Shown in pieces: positions 1-7,544 of a DNA stretch of 37,507 nt; position 1 is the first letter of the stretch; every line of letters starts with the position of its first letter. The position numbers and the translations under genes were made by a program. Origin of the DNA: an uncultured Gemmatimonadaceae bacterium (GTDB lineage Bacteria > Gemmatimonadota > Gemmatimonadetes > Longimicrobiales > RSA9). The stretch lies in the NCBI GenBank assembly GCA_964465415.1, contig CAYXJH010000003.1, positions 1-37,507 on the forward strand. Reading direction: 5' to 3'. The notes beneath the pieces were generated by a model. That model saw nothing but the letters and a program-made list of their open reading frames with translations, did not search any database and was not told where the DNA came from.

Positions 1-96
1 GGGCCGCTGCTGGTCGTTGTGCTCGCGGCCCCGTCCGCGCAGCTCGGCCTCGTTCGCGCCCGCGCCGTCAGGGTGGCCGAGGGGCTCATGCAATGA
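1..96 (+). CDS. 3' end of an upstream gene (partial, function unknown)
   Basis: Frame 1 is open from the window edge to TGA 94-96 (..GPLLVVVLAAPSAQLGLVRARAVRVAEGLMQ*). Nearly every codon ends in G/C, as in the confident genes here. Its TGA overlaps the ATG of the next gene (ATGA, 93-96), the coupling pattern seen throughout this window. It is too short to assign a function. Confidence 0.4.
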   Translation, partial: GPLLVVVLAAPSAQLGLVRARAVRVAEGLMQ

Positions 97-575
97 GGAA
101 GGAACACCTGGACCGGGTCGTGGATCGGCTCAGGGCGCCCATGGCCGAGTTCGTGTCCGAAGCGCGCGTGCGGACGGCGATCCTACTGAGCCACAGCGGC
201 CAGGTCCTGGCCCAGCACGGATTCTCGCGCCGCTACGACGTCAACAACGTGGCGGCCCTGGCGGCCGCCACTCACGTGTCATCCCACGCCCTGGCAGAGC
301 TGATCGGCGCCGATCGGTGGGTCCACCTCCACCACGTAGGCCGTGAGAACCAGCTGTTCCTCGCCCCATTCGATTGCGACGGCGAGGAGTTCGTGCTCGT
401 CACGATCTTCGACCGCGAATCGACCCTGGGCCTGGTCCAGCTCTTCTTCGACCGCCTGGTCGACTCCGTCCGGGAGATCCCGTACCTGTGGCGAGCTTCG
501 CCGAGCGAGGTCGCCGCGTTCGAGCGTGACCTGGAGGCGGGACTGGAGCAAATCCTGGCGGATCGGGGGGATTGA
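93..575 (+). CDS. mglB: Roadblock/LC7-domain protein, MglB-like GTPase-activating partner of MglA
   Basis: The 160-aa product is about the size of Myxococcus MglB. The segment FVLVTIFDRESTLGLVQLFFDRLVDSV closely parallels the MglB VLVVIFDNRTSLGLVRLRIKKASDEL region as I recall it. It sits immediately upstream of and overlaps mglA (TGATG). Confidence 0.8.
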   Translation: MRKEHLDRVVDRLRAPMAEFVSEARVRTAILLSHSGQVLAQHGFSRRYDVNNVAALAAATHVSSHALAELIGADRWVHLHHVGRENQLFLAPFDCDGEEFVLVTIFDRESTLGLVQLFFDRLVDSVREIPYLWRASPSEVAAFERDLEAGLEQILADRGD

Positions 576-1177
576 TGCCGCTGGTGCAGTATGCCTCCCG
601 CGAGATTCTCTGCAAGGTGGTGTATTACGGTCCCGCCCGCTCCGGCAAGACAACGAACCTCCAGTGGATCCACCGCGCGGTCCCCGCGGCCCGGCGCAGC
701 GACATGATCTCGCTCGCGACCGAGAACGATCGGACCCTGTTCTTCGATTTCCTGCCGCTGGATCTCGGCGACATCTCCGGTTTCAGGGTGCGATTCCAGC
801 TCTATACCGTGCCCGGTCAAGTGTACTACGGCTCGACGCGAAGGCTCGTGCTCCGGGGCGCCGATGGCGTGGTGTTCGTCGCCGATTCCCACCCCGGGCG
901 TCAGGACGCGAACGTGGAAAGCCTGGCCGACCTGCACGAGAACCTCCTGACCCAGGGGCTCGACGTCCGCCAGATGCCGTTCGTGCTGCAGTACAACAAG
1001 CAGGACCTCGACCGGGCCGTACCGATCGCTGAGCTGGACGATGCGCTGAATTTTCGTGACGTTCCCGCCCACCCCGCCTCCGCGGTCCGCGGGTCCGGCG
1101 TGCTTGCCACGGTCCGATCGATCAGCGAGCTCGTCCTGCGCGGCGCCTCACGGGCCGCGGCGCCGGTCGAGGGATGA
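575..1177 (+). CDS. mglA: Ras-like small GTPase MglA (polarity/motility GTPase)
   Basis: Near full-length similarity to MglA. Matching elements include SREILCKVVYYGPARSGKTT (P-loop), LATENDRTLFFDFLP (carrying the intrinsic Arg), and LYTVPGQV (the MglA-type G3 motif with Thr in place of the Ras Asp). GADGVVFVADS and the G4 motif QYNKQD also match. ATG 575 overlaps the mglB stop by 1 nt; the track's TTG at 572 is an alternative start. Confidence 0.92.
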   Translation: MPLVQYASREILCKVVYYGPARSGKTTNLQWIHRAVPAARRSDMISLATENDRTLFFDFLPLDLGDISGFRVRFQLYTVPGQVYYGSTRRLVLRGADGVVFVADSHPGRQDANVESLADLHENLLTQGLDVRQMPFVLQYNKQDLDRAVPIAELDDALNFRDVPAHPASAVRGSGVLATVRSISELVLRGASRAAAPVEG

Positions 1178-1229
1178 GCCCGGGCCCCTCGCGCTGGAGG
1201 GCCGGACCGTCCGGGCCACCCCCGAGGTC

Positions 1230-1700
1230 ATGCGGTTGCTCGGCGCCGCCGGGGAGCGCCCGCTGGACGTGCCCGGCTCCGTGACCATGATCCCGCCATC
1301 CAAACGCAGGGTCGGCGATGCGATCCTCAGCTGGGAAGGGCAGGGTTACCGGACCCGGCGCCTGGATGGCGCGCTAACCGGCGCACTCACCCCGGCGCAA
1401 GCCGACCGGCTGATTCGGCGGTTCGAGGAAGATGTCGCCCGACTGCGCGCCATCGAGGCCGAGATACGCGCGATCGACCCCTATGCCCGCGAGCTGAGCG
1501 TTGCGCCGCTCCGCGATCCGGACCGGCTGGACGAGGCAAAAGCCCTGCTGGCCGCGGTCCGCAAGCGCTGGCGTCCCCCGCCCGCGCCACCGCCGGGGCC
1601 CGGCCTCCCCGGAACGGATGCCCGCGAGATCCTGGGCCCGGAGAAGGTGCCATGGGAGTGGCCCTATCTCGAAGACTGGGTTGTGGAGCCAGCCGACTGA
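1230..1700 (+). CDS. hypothetical protein (helical/coiled-coil middle, Pro-rich and Trp-rich C-terminus)
   Basis: This is the in-frame ATG at 1230 inside ORF 1056..1700. The portion upstream of 1177 overlaps mglA and is Arg/Pro/Ser-rich, so it was discarded. Third-position G/C is high. The stop overlaps the next gene's ATG (TGATG at 1698-1702). I recognise no family; the start is uncertain. Confidence 0.5.
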   Translation: MRLLGAAGERPLDVPGSVTMIPPSKRRVGDAILSWEGQGYRTRRLDGALTGALTPAQADRLIRRFEEDVARLRAIEAEIRAIDPYARELSVAPLRDPDRLDEAKALLAAVRKRWRPPPAPPPGPGLPGTDAREILGPEKVPWEWPYLEDWVVEPAD

Positions 1701-3319
1701 TGGCCATCAAAGGAAGCCTGAAGGAAGCCGGTCTTGCGGATGTGTGCCAGCTCCTCTCCATCGGCCGGAAAACGGGGTGCCTGTCCATCACGGATCGCTC
1801 ACGCTTCGGCCAGGTCTACTTCGACGCCGGACGGATCACGTTCGCAACGATCCTGAACCGCCGCGATCGGATCGGCGATCTGCTGGTGCGGCAGGGCGCG
1901 ATCACCCGGACGCAACTCAACGAGGCGGTCGCCGAGCAGAAACGGAAGCCGGACCGCCGCCTGGGTGAGCTGCTGCGCGCCCACGGCCACATCGATGCCC
2001 CCACGCTGAACGCATGCATCCGTCACCAGATCGAGGAAGCGATCTACTATTTGTTCTCCTGGCGGCGCGGCAACTTCCACTTCGAGCCGGGGCGCCTTCC
2101 CGAGGCGGGAGAGGTCCTGATCTCGGTCAACCCGGAAACACTCCTGCTCGAGGGCGCTCGGCGCATCGACGAGTGGTCCATCATCCAGAAGAAGATCACG
2201 TCGAGCGACCTGATATTCGTCGTGGACCCGGACCGCCTGGAGACAGCCGGCGTCCAGCTCGCTCGGGAACAGGAGATCCTCGTGCCGCTCGTAGACGGAC
2301 AACGCACCGTATACGAGCTGATCGAGCGAAGCGGATTGGACGAATTCTCCGTCGGCAAGGCCCTGTATGGGTTGATGCAGGCGGGATTCGCCAGGCCGGT
2401 CGGGCGCCGTGAGCCTGGCACCCGTGCCCCGGACCGCGCGTCAAGGGATGCGTTTAACCTCGGCGTCGCATTTTATCGGACGGCCATGCTCGAGGACGCC
2501 GATCGGGAGTTCCGACGCGTTCTCCGCGACGACCCGCGGGACCGCGGCGCCAGACATTATCTCGCCCTCATCGCCCTGCGGCAGGGAGACCATCCCAGCG
2601 CTGCACGACGATTGACGTCGTTGCTCCAGACCGAAGGCCCCAGGATCGAGCTGTACCTGAACCTCGCCCTGTCACTACGGCTCCAGGGCAGGTTCAGCGA
2701 TGCGGCCGCCATCCTGGACGAGGCTCGTGAGCTTGCGCCCGACGATGAGCGCGTTCGGCTCGCCAGCGCCGCCACGACGCTCTTCGGTGGAGACCCGGTG
2801 GGCGCGTGCCTGGAGCTGGCCGCATACCGGCAACGGCTACCGCCGGACATTATCGCCCCTGCCCCCTATTTCTATTGCGCGGGCCTGGCCGAGTTGGCCC
2901 GGGGCCGGTGGACGGAGGCCACGACGCACGCGGACGCCGGCCTCGCGGCGCACCCCCGATCAGCACCACTCCTCCTGCTCCGCGGCATTGTGGCGGAGAT
3001 CTGCGGCGACAGGGCCGCCGCCGAGGCGGCGCATCGCCGCGCCGCCGAGGAGGACCCATCGATCGCGCAGGCGCACCGGAATCTGGGAGACATGGCACGT
3101 TCGCGGAACGCGATCCATGAAGCACTCGAGCACTATGCGCGCGCGACGGAGGTGGACCCGGACCTGGGCGACGGGGTCTACACAGTCATGGCCGACCTGT
3201 ACTACCGACGCAACGAGCGGGACCGGGCGATCGCGTGCTGGCGCCGGGCGATCGAGTTGAACCCTGGCAACGCAACGGCCCGGAACCATCTCGAAGTAGT
3301 GGCCCGTGCCGCCCGCTGA
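1700..3319 (+). CDS. DUF4388 (PATAN-like) N-terminal domain protein with C-terminal TPR repeats
   Basis: The N-terminus MAIKGSLKEAGLADVCQLLSIGRKTGCLSITD..GQVYFDAGRI matches the DUF4388 signature (G.L..... L.DllQll....ktG.L). The C-terminal half (about residues 270-540) consists of repeated TPR-like A..Y/F...L...P motifs, for example AFYRTAMLEDADREFRRVLRDDP and ALEHYARATEVDP..ACWRRAIELNP. The start was chosen at ATG 1700, not the track's 1652, because of the TGATG coupling and the family N-terminus. Confidence 0.8.
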   Translation: MAIKGSLKEAGLADVCQLLSIGRKTGCLSITDRSRFGQVYFDAGRITFATILNRRDRIGDLLVRQGAITRTQLNEAVAEQKRKPDRRLGELLRAHGHIDAPTLNACIRHQIEEAIYYLFSWRRGNFHFEPGRLPEAGEVLISVNPETLLLEGARRIDEWSIIQKKITSSDLIFVVDPDRLETAGVQLAREQEILVPLVDGQRTVYELIERSGLDEFSVGKALYGLMQAGFARPVGRREPGTRAPDRASRDAFNLGVAFYRTAMLEDADREFRRVLRDDPRDRGARHYLALIALRQGDHPSAARRLTSLLQTEGPRIELYLNLALSLRLQGRFSDAAAILDEARELAPDDERVRLASAATTLFGGDPVGACLELAAYRQRLPPDIIAPAPYFYCAGLAELARGRWTEATTHADAGLAAHPRSAPLLLLRGIVAEICGDRAAAEAAHRRAAEEDPSIAQAHRNLGDMARSRNAIHEALEHYARATEVDPDLGDGVYTVMADLYYRRNERDRAIACWRRAIELNPGNATARNHLEVVARAAR

Positions 3320-3707
3320 CCCGCCGGCCGCTTCCTTCGTGGTGTGGCGATTGGGCGATGCGCTGCTCGCCGTTCCGCTGGACGTCGTGGACGAGGTGGC
3401 GCCGGTGGACGCCTCGGGACAGGCCCGGGGGCGGACGGGGTCGTGGGCGGTCGTGGACCCGCCCGGCCTGCCCCGGTCCGATCATCCTCGTCAGGCCGTG
3501 GTCGTCCGGGTTACGGGCGGCGAAGGGCGGTTGGCGCTCGCGGCCGACGAGGTCGATGGCGTGCGCGATGCCGCCACCGCAGCCGTCCTCGATCCACCCC
3601 CATGGCTCGCCGCGCTGTCATCCGGCCATACCCGCTCGCTCATCCGTCTCGATGACCGGAGGGTTGCCGCAGTTCTCGATGTCGCGGCCGTCCAGGCCGG
3701 GCTGTGA
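3306..3707 (+). CDS. CheW-like domain protein (single domain, divergent)
   Basis: The 133-aa product follows the CheW fold pattern: FVVWRLGDALLAVPLDVVDEV, then AVVVRVTGGEGRLALAADEVDGV, then SLIRLDDRRVAAVLDVAAV. The GTG start overlaps the upstream stop by 14 nt, and its own stop overlaps the next start (GTGA). Confidence 0.62.
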   Translation: MPPADPPAASFVVWRLGDALLAVPLDVVDEVAPVDASGQARGRTGSWAVVDPPGLPRSDHPRQAVVVRVTGGEGRLALAADEVDGVRDAATAAVLDPPPWLAALSSGHTRSLIRLDDRRVAAVLDVAAVQAGL

Positions 3708-4630
3708 GTTCGATGGCGCCGGTGGCGCTGCTCAGCCTCCTACTTGCCGTGCAGCCCCCCCATGAGACCCTGGTGGTGGGGCCCGTGTCGCTCCACTTCT
3801 GGCCGGAGCAGCGAGCGCTGGCGGAACGGCTCGGCGAGCGCATGGCCAGCTCGCCGCCGCTGCCCGCCCTACCGGAGGATGTCCTCACCTACGGGCCCGT
3901 GGATGTCTTCCTCGCGCCGGACGCCGAACGGTGGGACAGCCTGACGGGCAGGGCCGTGCCCGAGTGGGGGGCCGGGGTGGCGGACCCCGTCCGTGGGCTC
4001 ATCGTGCTGCCGACGTACGACTGGGTGCGTACGCCGCTCCACACGGTCCATCAGACCCTGAGACACGAGCTGGCCCACGTGGGTCTGCAGCGGTACGTCG
4101 GTCCGGCCAGGACCCCGCGATGGTTCACTGAAGGCTACGCGCAATGGGCGGCCGGCCAGTGGGACTGGGAGGCGGCCTGGCGTCTCCGCCTAGCCCTCGC
4201 CAGCCAGCGCGCGCCGCCGCTCGATTCCATCACCCTGGATTGGCCCGTTGCCGCGGACGACGCGCGGATCGCCTACCTCCTGTCGGCCAGCGCCGTGGGC
4301 TATCTCATCGATCGCAGTGGCGAGCGCGGCTTGCGCATCTTCCTGGAGCGGTGGCGAGACCAGCAGGACTTCGACGGCGCGTTCCGGGCGACCTACGGCC
4401 GCACGATGGGCCAGTTCGAGGAGGATTGGCGCAGGCACGTCCGCAGCGCCTTCGGCTGGGGCGTCATCCTGGGGCACTCGATGCTCTTCTGGGGGATGGC
4501 CGCGGTGGTGCTGGTGGTGCTGTTCGCCATCCGGCGACGCCGGGATCTGGAGCGAATGGAGCGGCTCCGGGCCACCGAGCCGCCCGACGACCCCGCCTAC
4601 TGGGATCCGTCCACCTGGGGCGACCCATGA
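3704..4630 (+). CDS. peptidase-MA-like (gluzincin HExxH...E) protein with N-terminal signal/anchor and C-terminal TM helix
   Basis: It carries HELAH followed by FTEGYAQW (HExxH plus a downstream Glu). The N-terminus is hydrophobic (APVALLSLLLAV). There is a C-terminal TM segment (SMLFWGMAAVVLVVLFAI followed by RRRRD) and a short acidic/Pro tail. The start is GTG 3704 (GTGA overlap) or ATG 3713. Confidence 0.7.
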   Translation: MSSMAPVALLSLLLAVQPPHETLVVGPVSLHFWPEQRALAERLGERMASSPPLPALPEDVLTYGPVDVFLAPDAERWDSLTGRAVPEWGAGVADPVRGLIVLPTYDWVRTPLHTVHQTLRHELAHVGLQRYVGPARTPRWFTEGYAQWAAGQWDWEAAWRLRLALASQRAPPLDSITLDWPVAADDARIAYLLSASAVGYLIDRSGERGLRIFLERWRDQQDFDGAFRATYGRTMGQFEEDWRRHVRSAFGWGVILGHSMLFWGMAAVVLVVLFAIRRRRDLERMERLRATEPPDDPAYWDPSTWGDP

Positions 4631-4692
4631 CGTCTCACGGGGGATCCAGCGCGGCCCGTTGACCTCGCGCGCGAGTCACCACATACTCCACC

Positions 4693-4896
4693 ATGCCCCG
4701 AACGCGACGCCGGCCACCGACGCAACACCTGCCGCCCTCCCTACGCTGGTCGACGATCAACTACGCCCTGCTGGTCGCGGGGCTCGTCTCCCTCGTCCTG
4801 GGATTCTTCCTGCTGGCGGGAGGCTCCACCGTCGCCGCGCCGCTGCTCCTGGCGCTGGGCTACGTGGTACTGATCCCTCTCGGCATCATCATCTGA
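4693..4896 (+). CDS. small two-TM membrane protein (DUF3098-like pattern)
   Basis: The 67-aa product has a basic N-terminus, then W.TINYALLVAGLVSLVLGFFLL and APLLLALGYVVLIPLGIII. This resembles the small DUF3098 membrane proteins of FCB-group bacteria from memory. Codon bias is good. Confidence 0.5.
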   Translation: MPRTRRRPPTQHLPPSLRWSTINYALLVAGLVSLVLGFFLLAGGSTVAAPLLLALGYVVLIPLGIII

Positions 4897-4928
4897 GGCG
4901 TGGACCCGGGACGCTCGCAGCGACCGGC

Positions 4929-6149
4929 TCATACCAGCGACTCGTAGAGCGCCAACGTGCGCTCCGCGATGGCCGGCCACGCGAACTCGGCTTCGACCCG
5001 AGCGCGCGCGGCGAGTCCCATCCGCTTCGCGTCAGTCGGGTTGTTCAGGAGTGCGTTGATCCGGTCGGCCAACCGGCGGGCATAGTCTTCGGGGTGGGCC
5101 GGACTTCCGAACGGGTCGTCTCCAGGCTCGAACGAGATCAAGTGGCCGGTCTCGCCCTCCACAACGATCTCCGGGATGCCACCGACGGCTGATGCCACGA
5201 CCGGGGTGCCGCAGGCCATGGCTTCCACGTTCACGAGACCGAAGGGCTCGTAGATGGACGGGCAAACGAAGACCGTGGCGTGCGACAGGATCTGGACGAC
5301 GTCGGCCCGGGGCAGCATCTCAGGGATCCAGAACACTCGAAGCCGGCCCTCACGCTCCAGCGCAGCCACTCCATCGCCTACCTCCCGCTCGATCTCCTCG
5401 GTATCGGGCGCGCCCGCGCAGAGCACCAGCTGGCTACCGGCCGTCAGGTGCCGGGCGGCCCGCAGGAGGTAGGGCAGCCCCTTCTGGCGCGTGATCCGAC
5501 CCACGAACACCGCAGTAGGCACCGCCGGCTCGATCCCGATCCGCTCGAGGACAGCCGTCCCTGAGTCGGGCGCGTACACGTCCGTATCGACGCCGTTGTG
5601 GACAATGTGGACCCGGTCCGGTGGAACGGTCGGGTAGCTGCGAAGGATGTCATCCCGCATGCCCGCGGACACGGCGATGATCGCGTCCGCAGCTTCCGCT
5701 GCGGTGCGCTCCGCCCACGAGGACAGCTGGTATCCGCCTCCCAGCTGCTCCGCCTTCCACGGGCGGAGCGGTTCCAGGCTGTGGCTGGTCATCACGTGCG
5801 GCACGTCGTAGGTCAGGTGGGCAAGGTGCCCGGCAAGGTTGGCGTACCACGTATGTGTATGGACGATGTCGGCCGACTGAAGGCGCGCCGCCATGGCCAG
5901 GTCGACGGAGAACGTCCGGAGAGCCGCGAGGTGTGGCTCGGAGCCATCGAGCTCGCGCCACGGTCTGTACGCCCCCGCGACCAGCGGGTCGGATCGACCC
6001 TCGCCGAAGCAATGGACGGCGACGTCCGCGTGGGCCGCGAGCGACGCGGCCAGGTGCTCCACGTGCACGCCGGCTCCACCGTATACCTCCGGCGGGTACT
6101 CCCGTGTACAGAGGGCGACGGCGAGTCGCCCGGATCGAGGCTCGTTCAG
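4929..6149 (-). CDS. glgA: GT4 ADP-glucose-dependent alpha-glucosyltransferase (actinobacterial-type GlgA / GlgM maltose-1-phosphate synthase family)
   Basis: Full-length similarity to the Corynebacterium/Mycobacterium GlgA-GlgM family. Matching motifs include [61 protein letters not shown] and VGGIPEIV. The conserved N-terminal motif [16 protein letters not shown] lies upstream of the track's GTG at 6068. I therefore extended the gene to the in-frame CTG at 6149-6147, which overlaps the glgC stop. The 5' end is uncertain (see findings). Confidence 0.88.
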   Translation of the reverse strand: MNEPRSGRLAVALCTREYPPEVYGGAGVHVEHLAASLAAHADVAVHCFGEGRSDPLVAGAYRPWRELDGSEPHLAALRTFSVDLAMAARLQSADIVHTHTWYANLAGHLAHLTYDVPHVMTSHSLEPLRPWKAEQLGGGYQLSSWAERTAAEAADAIIAVSAGMRDDILRSYPTVPPDRVHIVHNGVDTDVYAPDSGTAVLERIGIEPAVPTAVFVGRITRQKGLPYLLRAARHLTAGSQLVLCAGAPDTEEIEREVGDGVAALEREGRLRVFWIPEMLPRADVVQILSHATVFVCPSIYEPFGLVNVEAMACGTPVVASAVGGIPEIVVEGETGHLISFEPGDDPFGSPAHPEDYARRLADRINALLNNPTDAKRMGLAARARVEAEFAWPAIAERTLALYESLV

Positions 6150-7378
6150 GGCTTGATCTCCTCGTCCTTGCCGATCACCACGATTCCGCCGTCGGTCACT
6201 TTGAACCGCTCCCGGTCAGCCGCCGGATCCACGCCGATCTGTGCCCGCTCCGGAATCCGGACGTTCTTGTCGATGATCGCGTTCCGGACGACGGCATGCC
6301 GGCCGACGTCCACGTTGTGCATCAGCACGCAACCCTCGATGTCGGCGTAGGAGTGTACGAATACGCCCGGCGACAGGATCGACCGGCGCACCTCGCCGCC
6401 GGATACCACGACGCCGGCGCTCACCATGGAATCAATGGCGTGCCCGGTCCGACCCTGCTGGCCGAAAACGAACTTGGCCGGTGGCATGGCTTCGCGCGTC
6501 GTCAGGATCGGCCACTCCGTGTTGTAGAGGTTGAAGATCGGATCGACCGAGACCAGGTCCATATGCGAATCGTAGTAGGCGTCGAGCGTGCCGACGTCGC
6601 GCCAGTAGCCCCGGTCCCGATCTGTCGCACCGGGCACTTCGTTGCCAGCGAAGTCGTACACCTCGGCCTGGCCGGCGTCGACCAGCGCCGGAATGATGTC
6701 GCCGCCGATGTCGTGACGGGACTCGTCGTCTCTGGCATCCGCGGTGACCGCCTTCACCAGCGCTTCCGTCCTGAACACGTAGTTGCCCATGGAGGCGTAC
6801 ACCTGGTCGGGGGCATCGACCAGGCCCCTGGCGTCCTTGGGCTTCTCACGGAAGCGCTCGATCCGGCGTCCGCTGTCGGCCGTTTCGATCACGCCGAACT
6901 GGTCCGCTTGCTCGAGCGGGGTCCGAATGGCCGCGACGGTCACCGCGGCGCCGCTGGCGATGTGCTGGTCCACCATCTGGCGCGGGTCCATCCGGTAGAT
7001 GTGGTCTGCCCCGAACACGATCACGTGGTCGGGGCGCTCGTCGCGGATCAGGTTGAGATTCTGGAACACGGCGTCCGCCGACCCGGCGAACCAGTGGGGA
7101 CCACGCCGCATCTGGGCGGGAACCGAGATCACGTAGTTGCCCAACACCGGGGCCATGCGCCACGTCTTCGCCAGATGTACGTCCAGGCTGTGGCTCTTGT
7201 ATTGGGTCAGGACCACGATCCGGAGGAAGCCGGCATTGGCAAGGTTCGAGAGCGCGAAGTCGATGAGGCGGTAGTCGCCTCCGACCGGGACGGCCGGCTT
7301 GGCCCGGTCGCGAGTGAGTGGCTGAAGACGCTTTCCCTCCCCGCCGGCCAGAACGATCGTGAAGACGTTGGCTGTCAT
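6146..7378 (-). CDS. glgC: glucose-1-phosphate adenylyltransferase
   Basis: Matching motifs are [49 protein letters not shown] and YWRDVGT, plus a C-terminal left-handed beta-helix region. This is a typical GlgC of 410 aa. Confidence 0.95.
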   Translation of the reverse strand: MTANVFTIVLAGGEGKRLQPLTRDRAKPAVPVGGDYRLIDFALSNLANAGFLRIVVLTQYKSHSLDVHLAKTWRMAPVLGNYVISVPAQMRRGPHWFAGSADAVFQNLNLIRDERPDHVIVFGADHIYRMDPRQMVDQHIASGAAVTVAAIRTPLEQADQFGVIETADSGRRIERFREKPKDARGLVDAPDQVYASMGNYVFRTEALVKAVTADARDDESRHDIGGDIIPALVDAGQAEVYDFAGNEVPGATDRDRGYWRDVGTLDAYYDSHMDLVSVDPIFNLYNTEWPILTTREAMPPAKFVFGQQGRTGHAIDSMVSAGVVVSGGEVRRSILSPGVFVHSYADIEGCVLMHNVDVGRHAVVRNAIIDKNVRIPERAQIGVDPAADRERFKVTDGGIVVIGKDEEIKP

Positions 7379-7544
7379 GGCTACACTCTACGAGCCGCGG
7401 GTCCGGGCGGCCAGTCCGCATGGAGTGCGACCTTTCCCTCAAGTCCGGGTGTACCTAACGTTGTGGTCAGTCGACAAGAACGCCGCACCGGCCCGCCCCA
7501 ACGGGGTCGTAGCTCGCGGCCACGCATGCCGAGATAACTTGGAA

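Noticed and set aside
272-1072. 266-aa - strand ORF opposite mglB/mglA
   Set aside because: It is antisense to two strongly recognisable genes. It has no motifs of its own.
1056-1229. 5' extension of the hypothetical ORF overlapping the mglA 3' end
   Set aside because: It overlaps mglA by about 120 nt in another frame and has Pro/Arg/Ser-rich composition. The first ATG after the mglA stop (1230) was preferred, though the true start remains uncertain.
4897-4928. Possible terminator between the convergent small membrane gene and glgA (GCGTGGACCCGGGACGC)
   Set aside because: Only a 4-bp outer stem plus the CCCGGG palindrome can pair. That is too weak to call.
6066-6068. GTG 6068 as the true start of the glgA homologue (as in the ORF track)
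   Set aside because: Starting here would delete the conserved [13 protein letters not shown] part of the N-terminal nucleotide-sugar binding motif, which is encoded in frame immediately upstream. It is kept only as a fallback (see findings).
5855-7537. 560-aa + strand ORF spanning the glgA 5' end and all of glgC
   Set aside because: It lies antisense to two genes with unambiguous family motifs. Its product is Arg/Pro/Gly/His-rich low complexity with no recognisable domain. This is the typical high-GC antisense-frame artefact.
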